From Paraspadella gotoi (taxonomy: Eukaryota > Animalia > Chaetognatha), in contig CM119264.1 in assembly GCA_051294375.1 (NCBI GenBank), forward strand, positions 10,701,832 to 10,765,831: DNA of 64,000 nt, given 5' to 3'. The notes under the pieces are model-generated. The model was given only the letters and a program-made list of their open reading frames with translations. It was not told the DNA's origin and searched no databases. Every line of letters starts with the position of its first letter. Position 1 is the stretch's first letter. Position numbers and translations under genes: made by a program. Shown piece by piece: positions 10,146 through 23,203 of the stretch.

Positions 10146-13025
10146 ATGAATCTTCGTTTACGAACGGCTTTAAACTCGTGGCGTTTTTTCGCCGTCTTTT
10201 TTCTCGTTTTGTCTTCGTCAACGTTGGCGCGCGACGCCGGGACCAGGCGGCGCCGCGGCCGTCGCGACGTTGGCACTGCGGCCGTGGTGGCCGGCGCCGC
10301 GCCATTCGAGTGGCGGAACGGGTCACTGACGGCGTCGGATCCGCAGGAGGAAGAAGCGAGCGGTGAGCGAGGACGAAGAACTTTTGTAACTATATTATTA
10401 GATTTTTTATTAGTAAATTTTTCTATCTATTTACTCGCTTTAGATCCCACCACCGCCGCCCCAGAGCGCGTACAAAACGTGTGCGAGATGTGGGACGAAC
10501 TGTGCGATCACATCTGCCTCTCTACGTCGCGTGGGGGATACCAGTGCGCGTGCAACGACGGATTCTCCCTGGCCGCTGATCGGCGCACTTGCGTGGAAGG
10601 GGCTGGTCCGGGCGCGCCCGTGACGCAGCCCGCTCCGCGCGTCTCGTCATCGACGTCCTCGTCATCTTCATCCTCCTCATCCTCCTCATCCTCCTACTCC
10701 TCTTACAACCCCCGACAACTAAGCAACGATCGCTGTCTCTTGCCCGACAAGCCCTGCGAGCAACTCTGCCGCGACACAGGCGTCGCCGTCCTCTGCGATT
10801 GCGAGACGGGCTACGTGTTGGCGCCCGACTCGAGGACTTGCCTCGATGTGGACGAGTGCGAGGAAGGCAGCCACGCCTGCAGCCTGGAGCTGCGCTGCAT
10901 CAACACGAGAGGCGGATACGAGTGTCATCGAAGACGCCCTCAAGGAACGGGGCGGAGGAACCCAGGACCGACTTATTTCGACGAGACAGGGTGGAACAAC
11001 AGGAGAGGGCAAGCGGGAGCCGGAGCGGCAACTGGATCGGCATCCTCTTCGTCGTCGTCCTCGTCGTCGTCTTCTTCTTCTTCGTCTTCCTCCTCGTCCT
11101 CCGTTTCCCTCCCAATCGCTTGTCCGCGCGGATTCCGCCGCAACCAACAAACGGGCGAGTGCGAAGACATCAACGAATGCACCTTCATGGGCGACACTTG
11201 CCGCGTCGGCCAAAGGTGCGAGAACACGCGAGGAGGATTTCGCTGCGTGCGCGAAAACCCCTGCGGCACGGGCTACACCCTCGACGGCGAGACGCAGCGT
11301 TGCGTGGACGACGACGAGTGCACCATCGGGAATCACAATTGCGGCCCCGCCTTCACTTGCCGCAACACCCAAGGTTCATTCCGCTGCATCGCCAAGTCCT
11401 GTCCCGAGGGTTACTTGCTCAATTACTCCACGGGCACCTGCGACGAAGTCCACTGCGCCGAAGGCTACCGCGCCACCTTCGGTGGCACCTGCATCGACGT
11501 GGATGAATGCGCACAGGGCGGCGCGAACGCCGGGTGCAAGAACCACGAGCGATGCGTCAACACGGTCGGGTCGTTCAGATGCCAGTCGATGATCCAGTGT
11601 CGGCCAGGATTCGAGATCTCGGAGATCGGCCCTAACTGCGTGGACATTGACGAATGCTCCACCGGCGCCCACAAATGCTTCGAGGATCAAAGATGCGACA
11701 ACGAACCTGGCGGATACCGCTGCGTCTGTCCCAATGGATACAGGATCAATCGGTACACGAAGAGATGCGAGGACATAAACGAGTGCCTGCACTACGGGAT
11801 ACCGGTGTGCTCGACGCTGGCTGTCTGCGAGAATACGCCTGGTAAGTTTTGAACATTAATTTTTGTGTCACTTAGCAGCGACTTCTTACAGTGGTCCCAG
11901 AGGCATTATTTAAATATACTTAAATATTAAATATTTAAATCTAGTGGCGAAATTTATTAGCCTAATAAATTAATAGGCTAATAAATTATTAGGCTAATAA
12001 ATTGTCATTTATTAATTCATAAAAAAGAAAGAGAACAAAACTTGTGTTTGCTTCCTACCTTTTTTTTATTTAAATTACTAGGATAGTTTTTAAAACGTTC
12101 AATATTTCATTTTTCCGCAATCTACTATTCTAATCCTATTCTAACCGCGCCCCCGTCCACAGGATCCTTCAACTGCCGCTGCAACCCCGGCTTCGAGGAT
12201 GTCGGCGACGGACGCAACTGCCGCGACGTCGACGAGTGCGCCGTCGGCCCCCAGAACCTCTGCGCACAAAAATGCATCAACAGCTACGGGTCGTTCCAGT
12301 GCGCCTGCTTCAACGGCTACGAGAAAAGCATCGACGGTACGGACGTGTGCATCGACATCGACGAATGCGCTCGATTTCAGAAAACAAAAGGCCAACGCCT
12401 CTGCCTGGGCATCTGCGAGAACACCCCCGGCTCCTTCCGATGCAGCTGCCCTCCCGGCTACGAGCTTATGAAAGATCGACGAACCTGCGCCGACGTGGAC
12501 GAATGCTTGGCGGGAATCGCAGGCTGCGAGGGTCCCGACCGGGTCTGCGTCAACACCCGCGGCGGATTCCGCTGCAACGATATCGTCTGCCCCGAAGGCT
12601 ACGAAAAGTCTCCCGGGAGCCGGAACCGGTGCCAGCGCCGCTCGCTCGTCTGCCCGCGGGATGACGCGGCGTGCCTTCGGGCGCCGCTTTCCTACTCGCA
12701 CAACTTCCTCTCCTTTCCCTCGAAGATCCGCGTGCCCACCGACCTCTTCACCATGCGTGGTCCTTACTCGGCCATCCAGCGGCTTCAGTTCGACCTGAAG
12801 CTGGTCGAAGCCAAGGATCCGTCGACGGGCGACTCCAGGGTCACCCGCGACTTCTTCTACCTGAAGCACTTTCGCGACAACGAGGCAGTTGTGTCGCTGC
12901 TGCGTCAAATCGAGGGTCCTCAAGACGTCGAGATGGAGTTGGAGATGAAGATCTTCGCCCAGGGAGAATATTCGGGCACGGCCGTCGCCAAGATCTTTCT
13001 CTACGTCACGAAAAACGATTTTTGA
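10146..13025 (+). CDS. FBLN1: Fibulin-1/2-family extracellular matrix protein (signal peptide, ~11 EGF/cbEGF modules, C-terminal fibulin FC domain)
   Basis: Exons 10146-10362, 10444-11841 and 12163-13025 (GT-AG, phase 1/1). Hydrophobic N-terminus (FFAVFFLVLSSSTLA). Repeated D(V/I)(D/N)EC...C.NT.G(S/G)(F/Y).C cbEGF motifs. The C-terminal FC-type segment is ...GPQDVEMELEMKIFAQGEYSGTAVAKIFLYVTKNDF*. Fibulin-1 versus fibulin-2 orthology is not resolved. Confidence 0.92.
11951..12003. repeat. Tandem near-palindromic TTATTAG(C/G)CTAATAA units in fibulin intron 2
   Basis: atttattagcctaataaattaataggctaataaattattaggctaataaatt. Confidence 0.7.
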
Positions 13026-14191
13026 CGTGGATGCTGAGGATATTTTTTAAGGACGTCGTCGTGGTCTTCGCCTTTGTCGTCGTCGTCGTCGTCGTTGTTG
13101 CTTTTATTTTCTCTTTGTTAACGTTTTGTTTACGTTATTCGTCCGTTCGTACTAGAACCGAAGGGTCTTTCGGCTTAGAAAACTTAAAAAACCAAAGCCA
13201 GTTTTGACTTTAACATTTTCTCGAGAAGAAAGTTGTTTACGTTGAACCCTGTGGCAAAATCCTGGTTTATGTAAAGAGAGAAAAAGAAAAGATTCTCGAG
13301 AATTGAAAGTTTATTTTGACGAACTGTTCGACCGACAGTCTTAAAGACAGTGACAAACAGTTTGACATCAGTATTGAGCACAATCAAACCTTCTTAATAG
13401 AAATACGATTACGAAAAACTTTCGTTTTAGAAGAAGTTTGCGTCGCTGACATAAAATCATAAGTTGGCGAATTAAATCCGAATTCATATACCGCATTAAA
13501 TTCCCAAACGCTTAAATAGTTTAACTTCCGTTTACAGTGTAGCGCTTCGTTGACCATCCGTTTATACGCTTTTTATAATAGATTTTTGATTTTTGTTCTT
13601 AGCTACTTAAGATTTACATACTTCTTCAGTCACAAATGTGTTATACGTTGATTTATATACATATAATTAAAGAGCAAGACTTAGTTGATGCTTGGTGATC
13701 CAATAATTATTCATTCCTATTCATATTTTTTTTCCTTTTGTTTTGTTAGTATTTTTGATAAGCCCTGTAGTTGTTTCTTTTAATTTGTTGAACGATTTTT
13801 TGTATTTAAAAAAAATTGTCTCCAAGATAATATTTGTCAAAAAGTGAAAAAAAACTTTTTTAGTTGGCAAAACAAATCTGACGCCGACAGAATCAACAAG
13901 GTGAGTTTGAAAATAAAAAAAAATTGTGTGAATATTTTTTTTCAGTTCCCAAAATGGCGATGGGTGTTTGGCCAACTTAAAGCAAATAAATAAACTCGAG
14001 AGATTTGGGTCTAAAAGGGAACTCGTTTTGGGGGAAATAAACACGAATCGCCACTTTGGGGACTGTTTTCTCACCTGTTTAAGTCGATATCGCTATGAAT
14101 TAGTTCTGACACGATACCGACGCACTTTGAGCATTTTCATGAATCAAAGGCATGATTAAAGATAAAATGGAAATCAATCAATCAATAAAAT

Positions 14192-14242
<51 letters not shown>

Positions 14243-15120
14243 GAACTCGATCTTTGTGCTAAATTTATCGACGACATCGCAATCGTTATCGTCATCATCA
14301 TCGTCATAGTCCTCCCAAATGCTCATTTCTCTACCCTACTCCGAATCCGCTGACCCTTTGTCTGAGTTGTGTTGATTTTGTGTCACAGTCGGCGCCCCAG
14401 TTCTTTTCTCTTCATTTCTTTTCACCCCGTGGAGTGGCGACGGCCTGGTGGGCGGGCGGTTGAGTTGATGGCGGAGATTGCAATGGCGGAACGGTGCGGT
14501 GGCGGTGGCGTTCGGCCAAGGAGGGGCGAGCAACGTCCCGCCCTTGGAATTTCTTTTCACAAAAAGAGACAAATTTGATCGATTATATCCAACTAAATGG
14601 AGAGAAGAAGAGAGAAGCAGAGAGAGAAGAGAGAGATGAAGGAGAGAGAGACGACGGAGAGAGAAGAGAGAGAGACGAGAGAGAGAGAGATGAGAGAGAG
14701 GGAAAGAGAGAGAGAGAAGAGACGCGTGGGCCCCCTGTGAAGATTTTCCCTTGTGGTTTCGGCGAATTCCAATGTATTCATCGTCGCTGAAAGAAGAATT
14801 AGTATCGTTTTTTTTTTCTCCGCGCATCGAGTTTTTTTTTGGTTGTTTTTTTTTTCAAAATGTTTTGATGACTTTCCTTTTTATTAACCCTTTCGCTCCG
14901 TTTTATTCGCGCGCGTGGTTCGAGTGAAGAAGTCGTGAAAAACTTTATGACAAGAGGAAATTCAATTAAGAATAAAAAGTCGGATGGGATATAAACACAA
15001 AATGGATGCAATTCTTTCTTTTTTTTTCTTGACGAAAATAATATCTGGGAAGATGCATCAAAGAGAACGTTCACTATGAACGAAATCTTTCCCGACAACG
15101 ATTGACGATACAAAATAAAT

Positions 15121-15190
15121 CGTGGGATAAATCTTGGATTCAATTTTGGGATAAATCTTGGGTTAAATCTTTGGATAAATCTTGGATTTT
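15121..15190. repeat. ~12-bp minisatellite GGATAAATCTTG (about 4-5 degenerate units); duplicated at ~17270 and ~25885
   Basis: gggataaatcttggattcaattttgggataaatcttgggttaaatctttggataaatcttggatt. Confidence 0.75.
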
Positions 15191-15319
15191 GGGAAGCGCA
15201 ACTGAGGAATCTCGTTCCAGCCGCCGGAGGCGACTTCTCGTTTTGAGTGTTTCTCTTTCGTCCAAGTGCATCGATTGGAGTCCCAGAGAGGAACTTTTTC
15301 GTTGCCGGATCATCTCTCT

Positions 15320-15367
<48 letters not shown>

Positions 15368-16800
15368 CTCTCTCCTTCTTCCCCTCTCTCTCTCTCTCTC
15401 TCTCGGCTCTCACTCGAACTCGACGTTCCTCCAACTCGCCTCTCAGAGAATCCTCGAGGGTCCGCGGGGTTTTTGTGGTTTTTGTCCTTCCCTTTTTTTT
15501 TTTTCTTTCGAGCGGTAATCCGATTTTTTTTAAAGAGGAAACTGAAAATAAAGGATTTAATGTAGTGGGCGACTTTGGGAATCAGCGAATGAATCTCCCG
15601 TCTCGTCTCGCTCGACCCTAGTTTTATAAAAAAATGTCGACTTTGAAAAAAATTTTGAAGTAATTTTTTTTTAAACACTTACGCATACAAAAAGAGAAAG
15701 ACAAATGCGCAAAAAATTGTATTGAAATTTGTGCGTCAAATTAACTCTTTTTATGGATGGCTTCTTTTAAACAACTTACAGGACAGTTGAGCTCTGTTAC
15801 TTTTTTGGGAAAAATGGACTCAAAAAGAAGAAAAAAAAACTTTTAAAAGCGCTGTTGCCTTTTATTTAACCAGTTTTTTTCGAATTAACATATATTTAAA
15901 ATGGTTTTAAAAGAAAAAAAGATAATGCGGCCGATGAGAAAATCTCTCCCGGAGCCACTCGGTTCCATTATCCTTCATTACGATGCATTGTTCTTCGAGC
16001 ATGCTTCAATAAAACAATATCGAGAAAAGAAAAAAAAATTTAAATGAGAATGGAAAAGGATTAATCTTTTTTTTAAATAACCGAGTGACGACGGAAGTTC
16101 ACTTCCGATCCGCCGATTGTCCGTTCATTCCTTTCCCCTTTTTTTTCTCTCTTTTTCTTTTTCTTCCCTTCAGCCTGTCTTTCCTAAGATCGAATCAATG
16201 AGTTTTCAAATCACGTGGCTTCACAGCCGCTGTAATAAACCGGGAAACATCAGGCTCGGATGATATTTTTTTGTAGTTTAAAAAATATATTTTATTGAGA
16301 ATAAATATTAATTATGAAAAATATCATAATCTTAGCTTTATTAAAAAAAATGCTTATATTCTTTATTATTAACATTTGTTATTTAATATAAAATAATTAT
16401 AAATGTAATTGTAATTAATTCTATGATTTAATAACCTTAGAAAAAGGTTTTAATTATTTTTTGAAACGGTTTATTTTTATTAACAATGGATAATTGGATA
16501 TGTTTCGACTTTATTTTTGAAGTCTTCATCAGGACTTATTATAACGCGACGAAAAAAAGGATTTAACACAATGATTTAATAACCTAATTTTATTATTCTA
16601 CAAATCCNNNNNNNNNNTGAAACGGTTTATTTTGGTTTAAGTCTTCATCAGGACTTCTTATAACGCGAGGAAAAGAAAGGATTTAACACAATGATTTAAT
16701 AACCTAATTTCATTATTCTACAAATCCACAAAATGGTTTATTTCTCCGACAGAGAGAGAGAGAGAGGAGAGAATGGAGAGGATAGAGAGAGAGGAGAGAG

Positions 16801-16871
<71 letters not shown>

Positions 16872-17464
16872 ACGCGTGGGCCCTGTGAAGATTCCTTGTG
16901 GTTTCGGCGAATTCCAATGTATTCATCGTCGCTGAAAGAAGAATTAGTATCCGTTTTTTTTCTCCGCGCATGCGAGTGTTTTTTGGTTGTTTTTTTTTTT
17001 TCAAAAATGTTTTGATGACTTTCCTTTTTTATTAACCCTTTCGCTCCGTTTATTCGCGCCGCGTGTTCGAGTGAAGAAGCTCTGAAAAACTTTATGACAA
17101 GAGGAAATTCATTAAGAATAAAAAAGTCGATGGGATATAACACAAATGGATGCAATTCTTTCTTTTTTTTTTCTTGACGAAAATAATAATCTGGGAAGAT
17201 GCATCAAAAGAGAACGTTCACTATGAACGAAATCTTTCCCGACAACGATTACGATACAAAATAAATCGTGGATAAATCTTGGATTCAATTTTGGGATAAA
17301 TCTGGGTTAAATCTCTTGGATAAATCTTGGATTTTTGGAAGCGCAACTGAGGAATCTCGTTCCAGCCGCCGGAGGCGAACTTCTCGTTTTGAGTGTTCTC
17401 TTTTCGCCAAGTGCATCGATTGGAGTCCCAGAGAGGAACTTTTTCGTTGCCGGATCATCTCTCT

Positions 17465-17504
<40 letters not shown>

Positions 17505-18840
17505 CTCTCTCTCTTCTTCCTCTCTCTCTCTCACTCGGCTCCGATCGCACTCGAACCTCGACTTCCTCCAACTCGCCTCTCAGAGAATCCTCGAGGGTCA
17601 CGCGGGGTTTTTGTGGTTTTTTCTTCTTTTTTTTTTTCTTTCGGAGCGGTAATCCGATTTTTTTTAAGAGGAAACTGAAAAATAAAAGGATTTAATGTAG
17701 TGGGCGACTTTGGGAATCAGCGAATGAATTCTCCCCGTCCGTCCTCGCTCGACCCTAGTTTTAAAAAAAAAATGTCGACTTTGAAAAAAAAATTGAAGTA
17801 ATTTTTTTTTTAAACACTTACGCATACAAAAAAACAACACAAATGCGCAAAAAATTGTATTGAAATTTGTGCGTCAAATTAAACTCTTTTATGGATGGCT
17901 TCTTTTAAACAACTTACAGGACAGTTTGAGCTCTGTTACTTTTTTGGGTAAAATGGACTCAAAAAGAAGAAAAAAAAAATCACTTTTAAAGCGCTGTTGC
18001 CTTTTATTTAACCAGTTTTTTTCGAAATTAACATATATTTAAAAAATGTTTTAAAAGAAAAAAAAGATAATGCGGCCGATGAGAAATTCTCCGGAGCCCA
18101 CTCGGTTCCATTATCCTTCATACGATGCATTGTTCTTCGAGCATGCTTCAATAAAACAATATCGAGAAAGAAAAAAAAAATTAAAATGAGAATGGAAAAG
18201 GATTAATCTTTTTTTTAAATAACCGAGTGACGATGGAAGTTCACTTCCGATCCCGCTTCATTCCTTTCCCCTTTTTTCCTCTTCTTCTTTTTCTTTTCTT
18301 CCTTCAGCCTGTCTTCCTAAGACTCGAATCCCTGAGTTTTCAAATCACGTGGCTTCACAGCCGCTGTAATAAACCGGGAAACATTCAGGCTCGGATATAT
18401 TTTTTTGTAGTTTAAAAGATATATTTTATGAGAATAAATATTAATTATGAAAAATATCATAATCTTAGCTTTATTAAAATTATGCTTATATTCTTTTATT
18501 AATTAAATTATAATAAATAATTATATTAATTGTAAGTTAATTCTTATGATTTAATAACCTTAGAAAAAGGTTTTAATTAATTTTTTAGAAACTGTGTATT
18601 TTTCGTTTAAAGTCTTCATCAGCTTTTATAACGCGAGGAAAAGAAAGGATTTAACACAATGATTTAATAACCTAATTTTATTATATCTACAAATCCACAA
18701 AATGGTTTATTTCTCCGACACGTCTTTCACCGTGTCCGAAAGAAAGACCCGCGAATCGTGGACCGCGACCCGGACGAGATACGGACAAACGGACAAAAGG
18801 ATTAACCGAACAACCCATCTTGATTCTCGATTCCCTTCAT

Positions 18841-18895
<55 letters not shown>

Positions 18896-19210
18896 NNNNN
18901 NNNNNNNNNNNNNNNNNNNNCTCTCTCTGACTTTCTTCTCTCACCGTTTTGACCCGCAGAACTGGGGTTGTTTTTTCGGGGCAAACGATATCACTTGCAT
19001 AAAAGAGCGAATAAAAAAAAAACGAAAAACAAAAATTTTCAACAGAATTTTGATTGTTTAATCAACTTGAAATGTAAAATTCAATTGCAAAGAAAATTCT
19101 AATTTTCGGATTTGAAAAAAATTTTAAAAAAGAAAAAAAATTCAACCAAAAACAAAACAAAACAAAACAAGAAAAACCAAAACGTTTTCCATCATTCTTT
19201 TTTTTTTCAG

Positions 19211-20401
19211 CACCCAGTTGGTGACGAAGTCGTCGTCTCTGCGACGAACTCCAACATCGTCGAAGGCTTCCGTCTTCGAAGACGAACTTCGCCGCCCGTC
19301 GTCGTCGTCGTCGTCTTCGAGGCGGCGCGGGATTTTCGACGCCTTCGCCGACGGCTTCGCCACCGTCTCCGGTAAACGCCTCGCTTATTTTTTTTTAAAG
19401 AAAATCCCTCTTTTTTTTTGTGGCGCTTTTTCAAAATTTTTTTTACAGTTTAAACGTGAAATAACTATATCGGCTGTGAAATCGATTACGAATTGTGCAA
19501 CTTGATCGATCCTTTCGAAGCCGATATTAATTTTCCATTTAGTCGAAACGTTTTAGGAGAGATTAAGTACGAAGAATTTAAATTAGTTAAGTTTATATTT
19601 TAGTTTTTTAAATTAAAATGATCGAAGAGAATTACATTTGNNNNNNNNNNTTAGTTAAATTTATATTTTAGTTTTTTAAATTAAAATGATCGAAGAGATT
19701 AATATAAAAAAAAACTTTAAAAATGTTTCATAACCTCTGCCTTCCTGAAGCGACTTTTTCGGAAAAGACTCTTTTCCTTCCGCATTTTTTTAAAATTATT
19801 TTTCGAAACAAAAAGAGAATTTAGATCGAGAGCATTACTTTGGCCTTAGCTTTATTCATTTTATTTGTTTTGGTCTTCAGAACATAGTTGTTTTTGGACT
19901 CGATTCTTTTCGCTGCGAAATTATTGGCCCCCTTTTTTTTCTGAGAAAGAAATTTTTTTTTGTCTAAATTCTAAGTTATGTTCTAACCTCCGTTTCATCT
20001 TAGTTTTTAAAAAAAAACTTTTCTTTTGCTTCCACTGCTTCCTAAAAGGAATATATTTCCAGAGGGAAACGTAAAAAAGTTTTCCCACTTTTACTTTTTC
20101 TCCCCTAAGGTTAAAAAAATCTCACACCGTGATTAGATATTACTTTTTCTTTGGCTGCCTTTCAAACTTATATTTTTCTCCCTCTTTCCTTATCTCCCTC
20201 TCTTACATTTCATCCTTTTATCTTTTTGCCTTTAAAATTTTTTTTTCGTTTTCACTTCATATTTTGCTGCGTCGTCAACCTCCTCTTCATATCGGAATGA
20301 TAATTTCAATCTGTTTTTCTTATTTTATTTTCAGAAACTATCTTAAACCTACCTTCTACCATTTTTGTGTTTTCGTTTTTTATTAAATAAAATCATCGAC
20401 T

Positions 20402-20448
<47 letters not shown>

Positions 20449-23203
20449 GGAATGTCGCGTGGATTGTGATTCTATTTATTCCATTATCCCGTCCGTCTCT
20501 GGCCTCCTCAAAACTAATCCAGATCGGTTAACCCTTCGTCGTCGTCGTCGTCATTCGCCTCGTCGTCATCGTCGTGAAAATCTGCCTCTCGTAACCTGAC
20601 ACTGAGACCACTTACCGATCGTTTTACTTACCTCAACTCGAGTTAAGCGACGATCGAACGAAACCAAGCGAACTCGCCCTCTCGAAACTGATTTTCTCAA
20701 CTCACCTTCTAAGTTGGGCTTCCAACTCAAACATTCCTCGCACATTTTTGTCCTAACATTTTGCCTTACTTTAATTCTGTTAGAAAATTCGTTAAATCAC
20801 GTTTGACTAAAAAAAAAATTCACTTCGCTCTATTTTTTTCCCGCGCAGGACGTCACCGTCGAAGCGAGCCCGACGCCTCGTCCGTCTTCTACGATCTGAC
20901 GGCATCGGCGCCCGACGGAACTCTAGGCAAAGGTGGCGTGTCCGTGGACAAGAGCGTGGGTTTGTCGCTGACCGAAATTCTAAAGGAGAGCTCGTTCAAA
21001 GCCAAAGGTGGGAAGATATTAAATGACTAATAGTAATTTAGTTCGCACGTTAATCGACTAAATGTCAGTGCTTTAAATTTTATAAAAATAATTTTGAAAC
21101 TAATCCGACTAATTAATATTAATATTTATATTTATTTATTTATTTATTTATATTTATATTTATATTAATATTAATATTAATATTAATTAACTAATTTGCT
21201 CTGTATGTCCGGGCTCACACAGATAGAAATGCGAGGGAAGAACCACGTCCAATGCATGTTGATTAAATTTAAATCTCTGTTGTTTTTTTTTTATTGATAA
21301 AGATTTTCTTTTTTTTTTTTTTCTTTTTCAAGATCGATCCTCTACTTCTCCGCTTCATCCTCCGCCACCTTCCACCCCACCTCGTCCACGTAGCGCCACC
21401 TCCCCAGCCGCCCGCGCTCCTCTCGGCCACGGCGCACGAGATTTCGCTCGCGAGTCCTCGTTGATCAACGCTTCGCCCGACGCGCGCGAGACTCCGCCCG
21501 ACAAAACGCGTGGAGCGGGAACGCGACACGAGCGACCACGCCCAGAAACCCGGCGCAGCGATCCCGTTCTCCGTCTTGGAAGGACGTTTCGGAGCAGGTC
21601 GTCCGAAGTCGGGATCGTACACGCGCTTTTCGGCGGCAGGGGCCGGTGAGTGAAGAGAGGAGACGGCGGAAAAATTAATGATTTCTAAAATTTTTCTATA
21701 ACAGAACGAAATTGATAATAGCTTTTTTTAGAAATCAAAATAAATAAATAATCGTAGACTAGCACAATAGACGTATTACTAGGTACCTACTAGTCGCCCA
21801 GTTTTTTACAAAAATCTGCAAAAAAAAAAATCTCATTAGAACGGCGTTCCGAATATTCTCTCATCTTTTTTTTGTGATTCCCCGCGCTCAACTCCTAAAT
21901 CGAACAATAAGAAGATAAGTCCGTCTATATCAAAACTCATCTCGTTTATCGTTCATTGATCCCAAAACGAATCGCTTTCCATTCGCACGTCTGTCCGCGT
22001 GACGGTCACGAGGAGAACACGTGACAGCGCGTGACGCGAGAAAAAGGAAGAGAGCGACTGAAACTCGAGATTCTCGCTAAGTCATCGGTTTTTCTCTCGG
22101 CTCCGTAGTTATTCGACGAGCAAAAAAAAAAAGCAAAAAATATGATTCGCTTTTGATGATAATTAAAAAAAATCAAACGACCAAAAAAGTCTGATAAGAT
22201 GAAGGGTATAAAAAATTGCGCAAATTTACAAGGAATTTGAACAATATATTAGTCTGTTTTTTTTTCAGACGCGATTCTTTCAACGCCGATTCGTCTTCCG
22301 TCGACGCGTCGCCTCGCGAATCGCCGGCATCTTCTTTCGCTCACGAACCTACGTCGCATCTGACGTCCGTCTCGTCGTCCACGACGCGTCCGACGTTGCA
22401 CCTGTCGTCATCGCTTCCGATCGCGTCTTCTTCGGGGTATGAAGCGTTCGGCGTCGAGGATTTCGACGGCGCCATCGACGACGTCGCGAGAGACGGTGAC
22501 ACGTGGTCGCCAAGTCAGAGAATTTTGAGTGATAGTGGAGGTAAGTTTATTACGGCTACATTTTACTTTCACCGATCGCTGTTTTGGTTTTTTAAAAAAA
22601 CTTTTAAAAATATTTATTATTTAAAAAAATTTAAAAAAAAACCTAATTACTCTAACCCTAAATTCTTTTAACCCTAATTACCCTTAACCCTAAACTACCC
22701 TTAAACAACTTTTAAACCACTCTTAACCCTAACCCCTCCCTAACCCCGGTCGGCGAAAGTAAAAGTAACCCGTTATTACTTTTATAACGAGTATTCGTTC
22801 ATTCTTTAATTACCTGTTAAAACTTATTTTTGCCATCATACCGATATCCATTTTTTAAAAAGATTTTCATAATCATTGTGTGTATCCAGCTCCGAATTCG
22901 ACGCCGATGTCTTATCTCGAGTCATCGTCGCCCATTTACGATCCTCGCGTCCCGTCTCGTCCTCGCGGCGCCGATTCTTTCGTCGCCGCTTCGTCCGGCG
23001 CCCCGCGAGATGGAACCGACGCCCATCGAGACGGAACCGGCGGCGCCATGGGTCTCGGATCGAGCGCCGCATTTGGGGGATCCGTCTCGAACATCTCCAC
23101 CATCTCCAACCTTTCTCGGAGCAAATCCTGGGGCGGCGGCCTTGTCAAAAGCGACCGGAACCGCGCCTCGGTTGCGTCCGGAAACGGAGCCATACTTGGA
23201 GAG
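19211..23203 (+). CDS. 5' coding exons of a long RIPOR/FAM65 isoform (Ser/Pro/Arg-rich N-terminal extension; start codon not located)
   Basis: Phase-consistent exons 19211-19371, 20849-21007, 21333-21645, 22269-22540 and 22890-23203. The last encodes SNLSRSKSWGG, similar to the RSQSFAG motif at the N-terminus of vertebrate RIPORs. It ends in phase 0, matching the phase-0 RIPOR exon at 39611. Confidence 0.72.
22544..22782. mobile_element. MITE-like element with ~35-bp imperfect terminal inverted repeats and internal degenerate (TAACCC)n; second copy at ~31275-31522 within the duplication
   Basis: The left arm agtttattacggctacattttactttcaccgatcg pairs with the right arm cggtcggcgaaagtaaaagtaacccgttattactt. 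The interior has about five taaccc/taacccta units. Confidence 0.55.

Noticed and set aside
10589-13207. Overlapping alternative-frame and antisense ORFs over fibulin
   Set aside because: Shadow ORFs produced by GC3-rich codon usage, with no motifs.
15121-15190. Regular short repeats that might suggest a CRISPR array or iterons
   Set aside because: Eukaryotic context, ~12-bp adjacent units with no unique spacers, and no cas genes.
16174-16263. ATG-containing segment (MSFQIT...) as the first coding exon of long RIPOR
   Set aside because: The only phase-2 donor (ac|gtggct) is poor and the copies disagree, so the start is left unresolved.
21220-21260. Possible cassette exon after cacacag with a nearby TGCATG (RBFOX) motif
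   Set aside because: No convincing phase-compatible donor.
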